A stretch of DNA of 64,000 nt from a virus (lineage: Duplodnaviria; Heunggongvirae; Uroviricota; Caudoviricetes), in IMG/VR virus record IMGVR_UViG_3300009514_000009; one strand, 5' to 3'. The notes beneath the pieces were generated by a model. The model was not told where the DNA came from. It was given only the letters and a program-made list of their open reading frames with translations, and ran no database searches. Of this stretch, positions 63,626 to 64,000 are shown piece by piece (within the stretch, counting starts at the first letter, position 1; every line of letters begins with the position of its first letter). The position numbers and the translations under genes were made by a program.

Positions 63626-64000
63626 TGAGCAGCACGAGCGACTACAAGGTTGGCGACAAGGTGGTCTTCGGTCGCCCCAACGGCGAGCAGACCGAGGGCA
63701 CCGTGGTGAAGGTCAACCGCGCCAAGCTGAAGGTCCGTCAGGACGAGACTCGCGGCACCGCCCGCATCCGCCCCGCGGGCACCATCTGGACCGTGCCCCC
63801 GAGCCTCTGCCGCAAGGTCGGTTCGGGCGCTCCGGTCGGCACGCCCCTGAGCACGCCCCCGGCCCCCAAGGTCAAGCGCCCCGAGTCCGAGATCATGGCG
63901 GACATCCTGAGCGTCTACTGCTCGCTCAGCCCCGAGAACCTCTCCTGCGACGGCGAGTTGTCCATGTCGCGGGTTCGCAGCCGGGCCGCCAGCCTCCGGG
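63626..64000 (+). CDS. Hypothetical protein. Partial; the C-terminus is off the window.
   Basis: MSSTSDYKVGDKVVFGRPNGEQTEGTVVKVNRAKL... Confidence 0.5.

Noticed and set aside
1-64000. Calling prophage boundaries or att sites from the interrupted tRNA.
   Set aside because: No integrase or recombinase was recognised in the window. Both tRNA halves are only about 117 nt apart and collinear, which is inconsistent with attL/attR flanking an integrated element.

Overview
This 64 kb, high-GC window is densely packed (>95% coding) with about 100 short-spaced or overlapping genes arranged in alternating strand blocks. The blocks are: minus 1-15874, plus 16087-22037, minus 22034-32560, plus 32787-36181, minus 36260-43766, plus 43918-44630, minus 44627-50735, plus 50886-53362, minus 53364-63393, plus 63626 to the window end. 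The content looks like part of a large virus or prophage-like mobile element of a high-GC bacterium. Evidence for that is two endolysins (an M15 peptidase and an amidase, each with a peptidoglycan-binding domain), a lytic transglycosylase lipoprotein, an NAD-dependent DNA ligase, dTMP and dNMP kinases, a Dam-like methyltransferase, HU, three HNH-type endonucleases, two tRNAs, and a sigma-70-like factor. No integrase, capsid or terminase gene was recognised, so the identity and boundaries of the element remain open. Many alternative-frame ORFs in the track are GC-driven artefacts (R/P/S/T-rich) and were not called. The most striking features are: (1) a ~45-60 bp element, GGGGCTCAAAA-N11-13-C(C/G)AGTAGTAGGGGTGAACG-N-GGAG-N-ATG, repeated about 27 times in both orientations directly upstream of start codons and of a tRNA, which points to a dedicated promoter or leader for an element-encoded sigma factor or polymerase. 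(2) An NAD+/ADP-ribose toolkit made of a WGR-PARP, a second WGR protein, a macro domain protein, a CobB-like sirtuin, LigA and a PncC/CinA NMN deamidase. (3) A tRNA with anticodon CUA (amber suppressor), a tRNA interrupted by a ~117 nt insert, and two PTH2-type peptidyl-tRNA hydrolases. (4) A Topo VI-A/Spo11-like 'Mini-A' protein. (5) A six-member paralog family sharing an N-terminal MPLPxxFWEED motif. (6) An SPFH/NfeD-like/TPM/BI-1(YccA) membrane module that could target host FtsH. (7) A glycosyltransferase-methyltransferase cluster. (8) A histidine kinase plus single-domain response regulator, and a protein made of five ~60-aa tandem repeats.
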